Positions 1 to 9,664 of a DNA stretch of 64,000 bases are shown one piece after another. The stretch comes from Candidatus Multivoradales bacterium (lineage in GTDB: Bacteria > Acidobacteriota > Thermoanaerobaculia > Multivoradales > J023). A program made the position numbers and the translations under genes. Under the pieces are notes generated by a model, which was given only the letters and a program-made list of their open reading frames with translations, did no database searches and had not been told where the DNA came from. Location: NCBI GenBank assembly GCA_965248925.1, contig CBDFLE010000004.1, positions 192,001 to 256,000 of the forward strand, in the 5' to 3' direction. Numbering within the stretch: the stretch's first letter is position 1; every line of letters starts with the position of its first letter.

Positions 1-3000
1 CGACGGCAACGGCCGCCCCGATGCGCTCAAAGAACAGGATTGGGGAGCGGGGACAGTGCATTTGGCCTTCGATTTCGACGGCCAGCAGACCACCCTCACT
101 GATCGCCGAGGCAAAGTCTGGACCTACCATCTCAACGCTGCTGGGCAGATGCTCAGCGAGCGCGACCCGGCGTCTCATCAGTCGAACTGGTCCTACGAGC
201 CAAGTGGTGCGCTGGCACAGGCCACCGAGGCGGGGGGAATCACCACCGATCTGACCTACGGCTCGGACTCTCCGCGCCAGCGGGGCAATGTGTCGAGCGT
301 GACGACGACGCCTTCCCCTGGCTACCCCAACCCTGTCGCGCCGGTGGTGGTGCAGGTGCTAGAGAGGGTTAAGAAAACCAATCGGGTGGCCAGTTGGAAC
401 GATAAGCACGGTGCGCAGCACCTGATCATCACCTATCCCAACGAGCTGCCCAAGGTGCGTCATGACGCCTATGGCACGCCGCTCAACGCCACCTCGTCGA
501 TGACGTACGACTTTTTCGGTCGGATCACCGAGCAGACCGCCCCCAACCAGAGCAAAACCACCTTTACCTATTCCCTTGAGGACGGTTACTTGACTCAGGT
601 GGTCGCCGATGCCCAGAACCTGGCTCTGAGCACCGACTTTCTGGAGCGCGACGCCCGTGGCAATCCGCTGCGCTGGCGCGACCCGCGCGGGGTGATCCAC
701 GAAGCTGAGTACAACGCCCTCGGCTGGCTGCTGCGCCAGCGGCAGGCGATCTCAGGCGGGGCTGCCCCGATCGGCCTGGTGAGTGAATTCGACTACGACG
801 CCAACGGCCAGGTCACGGCGACCCGGCGCTCCCACAGTGGCGGCGGGATGACCGCCGTTCGCTTCACCTACGGGGTTCTCGGCGAGCTGCTGCGCAGCGA
901 GCGCGAGGTCGAGCCCGGCGGGGCGGCGATCCTCGAGACCGTAGCGTATGACCCTCACCTCAACCCGACTCGCATCGTCGATGGTGTCGGTGGGGTCACC
1001 CTGCTGGAGTACGACGCCCGCAACCTACCGCTGCGCAAGACTAGCGGGGCGGGTACGGCGGCGGAGATTGCAGAGGAGTACTCCTATGACGCCGATGGCC
1101 GGCTGGTGGTCTACACCGATGCTCGCCAACAAGTTTGGCGTACTGAGTACGACGGCTTGGGACGCCCCGCGGCACAGATCAATCCGCTGGGAGAGCGCAC
1201 CGAGACCGAGTACACCCCAGGTGACCTGCCAATCCACCAGCGCCGCTTGAGTGCCTCGGGCGTCGTGAAGAGCGAGCAGCAATGGCAGTGGGACGTGCGG
1301 GCTCGGCAGACCCGCGGCATTGCCCATCTGTGGGCCTATGGCGAGGGTGGCGGCGATGGCGAAGCTCATCAGCAGCTGACGACAGACTTTACTTACGATG
1401 CCATCTCGAATCTGCTCACCGTCGAGGGTCCTGGCATCTCGTTGGAGCATCGCTACGACTCGGCGGGGCGGCGGACCTTGTCGCAGGACCAGGCCGGCAA
1501 CATCGTCGAGCTGGACCTTGACCCGCTAGGTCTGGTCACCAGCCAACGCCACCTTGAGCAGCTCGCCGAGGGGGGCACCGCGACCGTCGAGAACACCTTC
1601 ACCCACGACGCTCTGGGCCGTCCGCTGAGCGAGAGTCTGCCGCACGGTGGCAGCCGCAGCTGGCAATATGACGTCCGTGGCAACCTGACTCGTTTTGCCG
1701 ACGCCGACGGCCGCGTCTGGACCTGGCAATACGACGGCCTCGACCGCCGGCTCGCCGAGCAGGCTCCGGGCGGCGTTGACCTCAGCCACACCTATGACCA
1801 GGCTTCGCGGCCGCTGACCTACACCGACGCTCTCGGTAACCAGACCCGCTGGGTCTACGACATTCTGGGTCGGCGCACCGACTGGCTGCTCAACGGCGTC
1901 GGAGTAGAGATCTACGGCCACGACGAGAGCGGCAACCCAACCTCGATTCTGCGCGCCGACGGCAGCCGCATCGACCAGAGTTTCGATGCCGCCGGCCGGC
2001 TGATCAGCCGCCAGATCAACCTCCCTGACGGCACCCTGGGCGAGGCCGAGAGCTACTCCCATGACGCCCTGGGGCGGATCACCCAGCAAACCGCGGGCGG
2101 CATCTCCACCCAGCACACCTTCGACTCGTTGTCGCGGCTGACCGCCGAGACCACCGCTGGCCTCACCGTCGGTTACCAGCACGATGCCGCCGGCAACTTG
2201 ATTCAGATCAGCTACCCCTCGGGTCGCCGGGTCGACATCGTGCCCGACGGGCTCAATCGCCCCTCCACGGTCGCCTGGGCGGCGCCCGGCCCACCCGAAG
2301 TCAAGGTGCGCTACGGCTATCGCGGCGGCAATCTGATGTCCTCCCGCAGCCTGGCCCAGCTCACCGGGGTGAAGACTTTTGATGCCGGCCGGCGCACCGC
2401 CGGCTGGCAAGTCCAGGATGCTGGCAACCAGTTGCTGCTCGGCGAAAGCCTGACCTGGACCCCCGGCTCGCGGCTGGCCACCGCCACCCGCACCGATTTG
2501 GGTGGCCTCACCCGTCGTTACGGCTACCAGGACGGTCGCTTGATCTCGGCCATCCAGACTGGCGGCCCGGCCTCCAGCACCCCGGCCGCCACCGGCTGGG
2601 CCGACGTGCCCGCGAGCTTCACCTACAGCTACGACCGAGCCCAGAATCTGCTGGGGATGGACTTCGCACAAAGCTGCGCAGCCACCCAGGTCGCCCTGCC
2701 GCTGGATGGCAGCGGCTGGAACCGCCCGGCTTCAGTAGCCGGCGAAGCGCTCCAGTGGACCCCACGCCAGGAGCTGGCGAGCAAAGGAAACCTCAACTTC
2801 ACTTACAGCTGGGACCACCGTCCCATCGAACTTCGGCGCAATGGGGTGACGATCGCCAGCTACAAATACGACTCCCAAGGTCGCCGAGTCGAGCGCCAAG
2901 TCGGCGCCGACACCTACACCACCGTCTGGTCCGGCTGGCAGCCGATCGAAGAATACAAAAACGGTCTATTGCACAGCCGCCGCACCTACGGCGTTGGCCT

Positions 3001-4942
3001 CGACGAACTCATTCGCCTCGAAAGCGACCTCGACGGCGACGGTGTTCTAGAGCAGGAATACCTGCCCTTCTACGACACGATCGGCAACCTAGTCCTACTC
3101 ACCAACGAAGCCGGCAAACCCATCGAACGCTACGCCTACGGCCCTTACGGCCGGCAGTGGATCGTCGCCGATTTGACAGCGCCCGCAGTCGAGCAGATCC
3201 GCATGAAAGGTGATGAGCTGTGGATCGAACTCTCAGAAGAAGTGCGGCTCGACCGCCTGCAAGCCGCCTCTAGCGCCGGCACGCTGACGCTGGTCAACGC
3301 CCTCGGCGATGAAATCAGCTTGCAGATCGAGCAGCCCATCGACAGCGGCCGCGCCGCCCGGCGGCGCGTGGTGCTCAGCGAGCTGCCGAGCCAGAATCCC
3401 CCACGCTGGCCGGTGGCGGGGGAGATTGCCACCCTGACCATCCCAGCCGGAGCCCTGGTCGACCTCTTCGAAAACAAAGGCGCGGCCGTGGCCGAGTCCA
3501 TGACCTGGCCGGCCATCGCGGACGAGATTTACAGCGACACAGCCCCTCCCCAGCTGCTTCAGGCTTGCGTCACAGCGCAAAGAAAAGTCGAGCTGGAATT
3601 CAGCGAGCCCCTCGACGAAGCGACCCTCGACACCATCCAGCTCAACAGCGTGGCAACCACCTGGACCGTCTCCGCCGATGGCTACCGCCTGACCAGCGGC
3701 GCCCTCGCGGTCGGCTCCAACACCCTGCTGGTAGACGGCGAACTGAAAGACCTCGCCGGCACCTCGCTGGCAGGCACCGTGAGCGAGAGCTTCATCGTCA
3801 ATCTAGATCAAGGCACGATCATCCACAGCGCTCCCTACGCCGGGCAGATCGCCATCTCGGCTACCGGTAACCCGTTTGGCTTCAAAGGCTTGCCGAGAGA
3901 CCCGGAGAGTGGGCTGATCTATGTCAGGCACCGCTACTACGATCCAGAAATAGGCCGGTGGATCACCTCCGATCCACTGGGACTCGTCGATGGGTCGAAC
4001 CGCTACCAGTTTGCCCTGAATGATCCGACTAACAACAGCGATCCCACCGGGGAGTTTGTGGTTGTTGGTTCGATCCTGATCGCAGCGGCGATCTATGGGG
4101 CTACTCACGAGATCGAACGAGCCACGGACGTAGACCCGCATGCTAGCGTTGGCGGAGCGGCGGCCCTGGGAGCGACGCGAGGTTTGGTAGTTGGCGGTCT
4201 CGCCATTGCATCGGGAGGGTTTGGTGGAGGACTTGCTGCTGGGCTTGGAGGAGGTACGATTGTCCAGGGCGCTACGGTGGGTGTCTTTGCGGGTGTTGGG
4301 GGCGTCTTTGCTGAGGATGTGATCGATGTCGGGGTGCTTCATCATCGGGAGAGCTTCAGCTCTATCGGGCAGTATGCTGGGGCAGCGGCGATTGGTGGTG
4401 CGTTGGGAGGTGTTGGTGGCGCAGTTCTGGCACGAATGCAGCCAGGAGGTGCTGGTAGGGTGGCACGAGGTGTTAGATCTATTCCAAGACGAAGTGTGAA
4501 GTACAAGACTTCAGGTATGGTTGCCGACATGGCTAGGTTCGACACTAGAAGGGGTGTTCAGTATCTCAATGAGGTTTCTAGGAGACGATATAGGATCTCA
4601 ATCAAGAATGGGAAGCTATACGACGCTTCAGGTCAGCTGTTCGAAACAGTCTCGGCTTCAACAGCATTTAGTAAAGGTAAGGCAATTTTTGTGATGAATG
4701 AAGTTGGAGAAATATTTGCTTCGACATCTCATAGAGTTGGCAGATTTCATCATTCTTCTTTCTTGGCTGGTGGGAAAGTTGCTGCTTCAGGAGAGATCGA
4801 AGTTATGAGAGGTATAGTTGTCGGAATGACGAGAAATAGTGGCCACTACAGGCAGGGTCCGCAGTACCTTCAGCAGATGACGAAAGAGCTTCGTAGGCAT
4901 GGTGTGCGTATTTCTCCAAGTCAAATAAAGGGAGGGTTCTAG
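1..4942 (+). CDS. Giant RHS/YD-repeat polymorphic toxin, unit 0 (5'-partial; barrel type A; C-terminal HHSSF...SGHY tip)
   Basis: YD repeats; RHS core GLIYVRHRYYDPEIGRWITSDPLG...NDPTNNSDPTG; Gly/Ala-rich hydrophobic segment, then a lower-GC tip. The first 148 nt match the middle of the giant genes, so the ORF starts upstream of the window. Confidence 0.92.
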   Translation, partial: DGNGRPDALKEQDWGAGTVHLAFDFDGQQTTLTDRRGKVWTYHLNAAGQMLSERDPASHQSNWSYEPSGALAQATEAGGITTDLTYGSDSPRQRGNVSSVTTTPSPGYPNPVAPVVVQVLERVKKTNRVASWNDKHGAQHLIITYPNELPKVRHDAYGTPLNATSSMTYDFFGRITEQTAPNQSKTTFTYSLEDGYLTQVVADAQNLALSTDFLERDARGNPLRWRDPRGVIHEAEYNALGWLLRQRQAISGGAAPIGLVSEFDYDANGQVTATRRSHSGGGMTAVRFTYGVLGELLRSEREVEPGGAAILETVAYDPHLNPTRIVDGVGGVTLLEYDARNLPLRKTSGAGTAAEIAEEYSYDADGRLVVYTDARQQVWRTEYDGLGRPAAQINPLGERTETEYTPGDLPIHQRRLSASGVVKSEQQWQWDVRARQTRGIAHLWAYGEGGGDGEAHQQLTTDFTYDAISNLLTVEGPGISLEHRYDSAGRRTLSQDQAGNIVELDLDPLGLVTSQRHLEQLAEGGTATVENTFTHDALGRPLSESLPHGGSRSWQYDVRGNLTRFADADGRVWTWQYDGLDRRLAEQAPGGVDLSHTYDQASRPLTYTDALGNQTRWVYDILGRRTDWLLNGVGVEIYGHDESGNPTSILRADGSRIDQSFDAAGRLISRQINLPDGTLGEAESYSHDALGRITQQTAGGISTQHTFDSLSRLTAETTAGLTVGYQHDAAGNLIQISYPSGRRVDIVPDGLNRPSTVAWAAPGPPEVKVRYGYRGGNLMSSRSLAQLTGVKTFDAGRRTAGWQVQDAGNQLLLGESLTWTPGSRLATATRTDLGGLTRRYGYQDGRLISAIQTGGPASSTPAATGWADVPASFTYSYDRAQNLLGMDFAQSCAATQVALPLDGSGWNRPASVAGEALQWTPRQELASKGNLNFTYSWDHRPIELRRNGVTIASYKYDSQGRRVERQVGADTYTTVWSGWQPIEEYKNGLLHSRRTYGVGLDELIRLESDLDGDGVLEQEYLPFYDTIGNLVLLTNEAGKPIERYAYGPYGRQWIVADLTAPAVEQIRMKGDELWIELSEEVRLDRLQAASSAGTLTLVNALGDEISLQIEQPIDSGRAARRRVVLSELPSQNPPRWPVAGEIATLTIPAGALVDLFENKGAAVAESMTWPAIADEIYSDTAPPQLLQACVTAQRKVELEFSEPLDEATLDTIQLNSVATTWTVSADGYRLTSGALAVGSNTLLVDGELKDLAGTSLAGTVSESFIVNLDQGTIIHSAPYAGQIAISATGNPFGFKGLPRDPESGLIYVRHRYYDPEIGRWITSDPLGLVDGSNRYQFALNDPTNNSDPTGEFVVVGSILIAAAIYGATHEIERATDVDPHASVGGAAALGATRGLVVGGLAIASGGFGGGLAAGLGGGTIVQGATVGVFAGVGGVFAEDVIDVGVLHHRESFSSIGQYAGAAAIGGALGGVGGAVLARMQPGGAGRVARGVRSIPRRSVKYKTSGMVADMARFDTRRGVQYLNEVSRRRYRISIKNGKLYDASGQLFETVSASTAFSKGKAIFVMNEVGEIFASTSHRVGRFHHSSFLAGGKVAASGEIEVMRGIVVGMTRNSGHYRQGPQYLQQMTKELRRHGVRISPSQIKGGF

Positions 4943-5256
4943 TGGTAGATTTAGCGGATGAATTGAGGACTGTGCTGTATACGATTTTCTATGTTGAAGA
5001 CTTGTCAGCATTTCAGGGTTTGACCTCCTCTCAGAAGGAAGCATTTCTTCGTGACCATACCCTTGAAGAGTTGGGAAAAATGCGAGATGGTCTCCGGTGG
5101 GGAGTGGCCAATTCTGACTACAATTTCTCATCTCTCTGGGAGGGTCTTAGCTATACTGACCAGGAGATTCTGAGGTATGTAGAAATATTACTGAGGGATT
5201 TTGAAGAATTTGTGCCGAAGCTGTCCCGTCCGCCGCGTCCACAGCCAAAATTGTAG
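4942..5256 (+). CDS. Putative cognate immunity protein (104 aa, acidic, cytoplasmic)
   Basis: GTG overlaps the toxin stop; small, lower GC, directly after the RHS tip; C-terminus LSRPPRPQPKL is encoded by the boundary repeat. Confidence 0.75.
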   Translation: MVDLADELRTVLYTIFYVEDLSAFQGLTSSQKEAFLRDHTLEELGKMRDGLRWGVANSDYNFSSLWEGLSYTDQEILRYVEILLRDFEEFVPKLSRPPRPQPKL

Positions 5257-5357
5257 CCAAACGACCACTTTATTGGTCGCCGTCCCTCATTAGATGGTGT
5301 CCCGTCCGCCGCGTCCACAGTCAAAATTGTAGCCAAACGACCACTTTACTGGTCGCT
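5222..5357 (+). repeat. Unit-boundary direct repeat, two ~55-bp copies (5222, 5298)
   Basis: TGTCCCGTCCGCCGCGTCCACAG(C/T)CAAAATTGTAGCCAAACGACCACTTTA twice, 76 bp apart. Confidence 0.9.
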
Positions 5358-5524
5358 GGTCCTTGTCAATGGACCCGCTCCTTGTCGCTCCTCCTCAGCT
5401 CACGCCGAGAATCTGCCAAACCGACGGCGATCTTCGCTTGCTGCCGAGAATCCGAGGCGCCTGAGCGAGCCTCACCGTGGACAGCGCGTCGCAGCAGCCC
5501 ATCAACTCTCCAGCCTGAGCCGCT

Positions 5525-6439
5525 CTACTTGGGCGCATGGAAGCCAGAGAGCACTCCTTGCCAGGCGGTCATGAATCGTAGGTGCCCTCGTGAGGGCTGG
5601 CGGCCGGTCCAGATCTCTGCCGGTGTGTAGCCGTCGAGGTTCTGGTGCGGGCGCAGTTCGTTGTACCAAAACCGGAAGAAATCCAGCTGCCTCTGGGCCT
5701 TGCGGCCCGCTGGCAGCGGCTCGCGCCGCCGCCGCAAGCGCTCTTTGAAGGTGCCAAAGAATCGCTCGATGCGTCCGTTCTGCCACGGCGAGGCCACCTG
5801 AGTTCGCTGGTGGCGAATGCCGAGAAGAAAAAGTGAGAGCCGGAAGATCCAAGAGGTAAAAGTGGGTTCATTATCGGTGCGCAGACACCTTGGCTTGCCG
5901 CAAAGCTCAATCGCGTCGAGCAGCTGGCGTACCAGCTCGACTGAGGCTTTGGTCTTGACAACCTGAAGGCACAAGCAGAGCCGAGTGCCGTGATCCAGCA
6001 GGCCGAGAATCATCTCTTTCTTGCCGGAGGTGTTGTCGGCGTAGGTGAGATCGGCGGCCCAGATCAGCCGCTTGCCGATGATTCCAGGTTTTCTCCTGCG
6101 GATCTTCCGGCGCCAAGCGAGAATCTCCAGCTGGTGCTCGTTGAAGATCTTTGCAACGTAGCTCTTGCCCACCGTCATTCGGCGATGGCGGTAGTTGCGA
6201 TTGAAGGCTGCCGCGATCGCCCTACAGCCATCGTCGGGCTGCAACGCCTTGAGCCGGATCACCGCTTGGCGCACCCACTTGGGCTTGCGCCGGCAGAAGC
6301 CGCGATAAGTCGTTGGGTCGGGTGGACACTTGGCTCGGCGGCGGTGCTTCGCCCTGGGTTGCAGGGCGAGCGAAGTGAGCGCAAGAATCAGAAGCAACAC
6401 GAACGCCCAGAGCAGGGCGCCGGCAAGATCAGAAGTCAT
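5525..6439 (-). CDS. rve/DDE integrase-core transposase (IS3/IS481-like fold) with N-terminal hydrophobic helix, unit 1
   Basis: WAADLT, LRTDNE, SPWQNGRIERFFGTFKE (D,D,E); WYNELRPHQNLDGYTP integrase C-terminal motif; HTH-like region KWVRQAVIRLKAL...VGKSYVAKI. Confidence 0.88.
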   Translation of the reverse strand: MTSDLAGALLWAFVLLLILALTSLALQPRAKHRRRAKCPPDPTTYRGFCRRKPKWVRQAVIRLKALQPDDGCRAIAAAFNRNYRHRRMTVGKSYVAKIFNEHQLEILAWRRKIRRRKPGIIGKRLIWAADLTYADNTSGKKEMILGLLDHGTRLCLCLQVVKTKASVELVRQLLDAIELCGKPRCLRTDNEPTFTSWIFRLSLFLLGIRHQRTQVASPWQNGRIERFFGTFKERLRRRREPLPAGRKAQRQLDFFRFWYNELRPHQNLDGYTPAEIWTGRQPSRGHLRFMTAWQGVLSGFHAPK

Positions 6440-6489
6440 TCCTTGAGAATACCGATCTCACGCAGCCTAGCCCGAGGTGCCGCGCTGCC

Positions 6490-6572
6490 TCACGTATCAC
6501 CTCTCGAATGCCAGAAGCCCGGCTTGTGCAACTCCAGCACGAAGTCCACCTCGGCGGCCCTCGTCTCGTAGT
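6490..6572 (-). pseudogene. 3' remnant of the 155-aa hypothetical gene, disrupted by IS21 (5' stub at 9475-9486)
   Basis: Matches 28693-28775; matching resumes after the IS at the equivalent of 29149, so ~373 bp are missing. Confidence 0.8.
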
Positions 6573-6786
6573 TGCCTGCACCGACGGAATTCGACCACCG
6601 ATTCCGATTGAAAGTGACCAGTGATTCCAACGGAATCTGACCATCGATTCCGATCGAAAGTGACCACTTTTCCGGGTCGATCGGAATGGGTGGTCAGATT
6701 GGATCGGAATCCTGGCCACGGCGGAGTTCGACGGTAGCGCGCTCCTCACAATTGGGGTATTCCAGCCTCCTTGAAAGGAGGATTGG

Positions 6787-8361
6787 ATGCCGAGAGTGAG
6801 GACATCGATGCGCAAGATACGCGAGGTACTGAGACTGAAATGGCAGCATGGCCTGTCGCACCGCCAGATCGGACGGTCGGTTCGGCTGGGCCACGTGACG
6901 GTGTGCAACTACCTGCTGCGAGCCAAGGTTGAAGGCCTGAGCTGGGAGCAAGTAGCAGCTTTGAGCGACGCTGAGCTGGAGCAACGCCTGTACCCTCGGC
7001 CGCAGCCGCTTCGGAGGGGTGGTCAGCGAGCCTTGCCCGACTGGACCAAGGTGCATGGCGAGCTGAAGAAGAAGTGCGTAACCCTGTCGCTGCTGTGGCA
7101 GGAGTACCGGGAGGACCATCCTGACGGCTACGGTCTCAGCCGCTTCTGTCAGCTGTACCGGATCTGGGAAGGGCGCCTGGATGTGTGCCTGCGCCAAGCC
7201 TACCGGGCGGGCGAGAAGCTGTTCGTCGACTATGCCGGACAGACCGTGAGGGTGATCGACCCGGCGACTGGCAAAGAGCGCGAAGCGCAGATCTTCGTGG
7301 CGGTGCTGGGGGCGAGCAACTACACCTATGCCGAATCAACGTGGAGCCAGGGCCTGGAGGACTGGATCGGCTCTCATGTGCGGACCTTCGCGGCTCTGGG
7401 CGGGGTGAGCGAGCTGGTGGTGCCGGACAATCTGAAGAGCGGCGTGACCAGCCCGTGCCGCTACGAGCCGGAGATCAATCGCACCTACGCGGAGTTGGCC
7501 GAGCACTACGGCGTGGCGGTGGTGCCGGCGCGGGTGAGGAAGCCCCAAGACAAGGCGAAGGTCGAAAACGGTGTATTGCAAGTGGAGCGCTGGATTCTGG
7601 CCCGGCTGCGTAACCAGCAGTTCTTCAGCCTGCGAGAGCTCAACGAGAGCATCGCGAAGCTTCTGGTCGAGCTTAACGACCGTCCGCTGAAGGTGTTGGG
7701 CGTCTCGCGCCGAGCGCTGTTCGAGCAGGTCGATCGTCCTGCTCTGGGTGCTTTGCCGCTCCAGCCCTACGAGCTTGCCGAATGGAAGAAGGTACGCGTT
7801 GCCCCGGACTACCACGTCGAGTTCGAGGGCCACTATTACAGTGTGCCGTACCAGCTGATCAAGAAGCAGCTCGATCTGCGGGCGACGGCGCAACTGGTGG
7901 AGGTGCTCGATCGCGGCAAGCGTGTGGCTGCTCATCGTCGCAATCGGTGTCGGGGTCGGCACACGACCCAGAGCGAGCACATGCCCAAAGCGCACCAGGC
8001 GTACCTGGAGTGGACACCGACACGGCTGATCAGCTGGGCGGCGAAAACAGGCCAGGCGACGGCCGAACTGGTGGAGACCATCATGCTTAACCGCTCCCAT
8101 CCTCAGCACGGCTTTCGCTCGTGTCTGGGGCTGATGCGCCTGGGCAAGACCTATGGTGCCAATCGTTTGGAGGCTGCGTGCCGCCGCGCGCTCGCCATTC
8201 ACGGCCTGTCCTACAAGAGCGTGAAGTCGATCCTGAAGAGCGGCCTGGACCAGCAAGCAGCGCCCGAGCCCACCGAAGTGACGGCGCCGATCGAGCATCG
8301 CAACGTCCGCGGCGCCAGCTACTACAGTGCCGCGCGCCGCGAGGAGACGCCGCCATGCTGA
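6787..8361 (+). CDS. istA: IS21 transposase IstA
   Basis: MRKIREVLRLK HTH; LFVDYAG, VPDNLKSGV, KPQDKAKVENGV motifs; ends HRNVRGASYY. Confidence 0.95.
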   Translation: MPRVRTSMRKIREVLRLKWQHGLSHRQIGRSVRLGHVTVCNYLLRAKVEGLSWEQVAALSDAELEQRLYPRPQPLRRGGQRALPDWTKVHGELKKKCVTLSLLWQEYREDHPDGYGLSRFCQLYRIWEGRLDVCLRQAYRAGEKLFVDYAGQTVRVIDPATGKEREAQIFVAVLGASNYTYAESTWSQGLEDWIGSHVRTFAALGGVSELVVPDNLKSGVTSPCRYEPEINRTYAELAEHYGVAVVPARVRKPQDKAKVENGVLQVERWILARLRNQQFFSLRELNESIAKLLVELNDRPLKVLGVSRRALFEQVDRPALGALPLQPYELAEWKKVRVAPDYHVEFEGHYYSVPYQLIKKQLDLRATAQLVEVLDRGKRVAAHRRNRCRGRHTTQSEHMPKAHQAYLEWTPTRLISWAAKTGQATAELVETIMLNRSHPQHGFRSCLGLMRLGKTYGANRLEAACRRALAIHGLSYKSVKSILKSGLDQQAAPEPTEVTAPIEHRNVRGASYYSAARREETPPC

Positions 8362-9119
8362 GGCACGCGACGCTCGATCAACTCGCCGCGCTCAAGCTCC
8401 ACGGTATGGCCAAAGCCTTTGAGGAGCAGCTGTCGATGGTCGATGTCTCAGAGCTCTCCTTCGAAGAGCGCCTCGGGCTGCTGGTCGAGCGCGAAGCGAC
8501 CGAGCGATCCAGCCGCCGCTTGATAGCGCGGTTGCGAAAAGCCAAGCTGCGCGAGCAGGCGGCCATCGAAGACATCGACTGGCGAGCCAAGAGGGGCCTG
8601 GACAAAGGCCAGATCCTGCGCCTGGCCTCGTGCCAGTGGATCGCCGAGCATCTCAACGTGCTGATCACCGGCAAGGCCGGGGTGGGCAAGACCTTTCTCG
8701 CCTGCGCCTTCGCGCACAAGGCATGTCGGGAGGGTTACACCGCTTTGTACCTGCGGGTGCCGAGGCTGTTTCGCCAGTTCGCCATCGCGCGGGGTGATGG
8801 TAGCTACGAGAAGCTGCTCAAGAGCTATGCTCGCACAGACCTGCTCATCCTCGACGACTGGGGGCTGGCGCCGATCGGGGCCAGCGAGCGGCGCGACCTG
8901 CTCGAGATTCTTGAGGACCGCTACGGCAACCGCTCCACGCTGGTGACCTCCCAGCTACCGGTTGAGAGCTGGTACGAGGTCATCGGCGATCCGACCTTGG
9001 CCGACGCCATCCTCGATCGCATTGTCCACGGCGCCTACAAGCTCGCGGTGGACGGTGACTCCATGCGGGCGAAGAGAGCCGGCGGTATTCGCAAGGCCGC
9101 CCAGCGAGAGGCAAGGTGA
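8355..9119 (+). CDS. istB: IS21 helper AAA+ ATPase IstB
   Basis: ATG 8355 after GAGGAG, overlapping the istA stop; Walker A GKAGVGKT, Walker B LLILDDWG, TSQLP, ADAILDRIVH. Confidence 0.95.
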   Translation: MLRHATLDQLAALKLHGMAKAFEEQLSMVDVSELSFEERLGLLVEREATERSSRRLIARLRKAKLREQAAIEDIDWRAKRGLDKGQILRLASCQWIAEHLNVLITGKAGVGKTFLACAFAHKACREGYTALYLRVPRLFRQFAIARGDGSYEKLLKSYARTDLLILDDWGLAPIGASERRDLLEILEDRYGNRSTLVTSQLPVESWYEVIGDPTLADAILDRIVHGAYKLAVDGDSMRAKRAGGIRKAAQREAR

Positions 9120-9511
9120 GATCCAAGAGCATGCTGAAGCGATCGCCGATCCTGACCCATCAGCGGGCCTGCGGCCCGATCCGGACCCGACCCAAGATGG
9201 ACTGTGGAAGCTGCCGCGGTTGTGGAAATCGCTCTGCGATTCCCACAACCGCTTGGAAAACGCCCCCCTGCCCCCCAACCTGCGTTTCCCACAGCTACGC
9301 ACAGCCCCGACGACGGGTTATTTGAATACAATCAATCAAGAAGAAGAGCCGGAAGGAGGGCTCCAGCTACAGCGAAAGTGGACACTTACAACTGAGGAGA
9401 GCGCCAGCGTCGCTTCGCTCCGACAAGTGGTCGGTTTCGATCGGAATGGCTGGTCAGTTTCGTCGGAATAGGCACAGGGTGGCCATTCTGGTGCTCCTCC
9501 TCGGTGATCTA

Positions 9512-9646
9512 TTATTGGCGGATATTGACGCCGAAACCAATGGCCATGGTTTCGTCTAGCTGCTGGGCAATAACTTGTGGATTGTCTTCGCTCTGGCGCC
9601 AATGTACTAGCCGCCCTAGCCCGAGCTGAATTCGTTCGGGTTTCAT
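9512..9646 (-). pseudogene. Internally deleted copy of PCD-like gene 2
   Basis: Start and end match 29186-29491, but 135 bp instead of 306 bp (in-frame 171-bp deletion). Confidence 0.7.
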
Positions 9647-9664
9647 TCACAATACTCCTTGAGG

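Larger units (their letters stand above)
6573..9474 (+). mobile_element. IS21-family insertion sequence (~2.9 kb)
   Basis: Ends TGCCTGCACCGACGGAATTCGACCA / TGGTCAGTTTCGTCGGAATAGGCA (imperfect IR, TG...CA); internal repeats GATTCCGAT(T/C)GAAAGTGACCA; istA-istB; no target duplication. Confidence 0.92.

Noticed and set aside
5222-5357. Repeat-spacer-repeat pattern as a mini CRISPR array
   Set aside because: Only 2-3 irregular copies per site, ~55-bp repeat, no regular unique spacers, no cas genes
8121-8354. Extended IstB N-terminus
   Set aside because: Overlaps istA; the RBS and typical IstB start are at 8355
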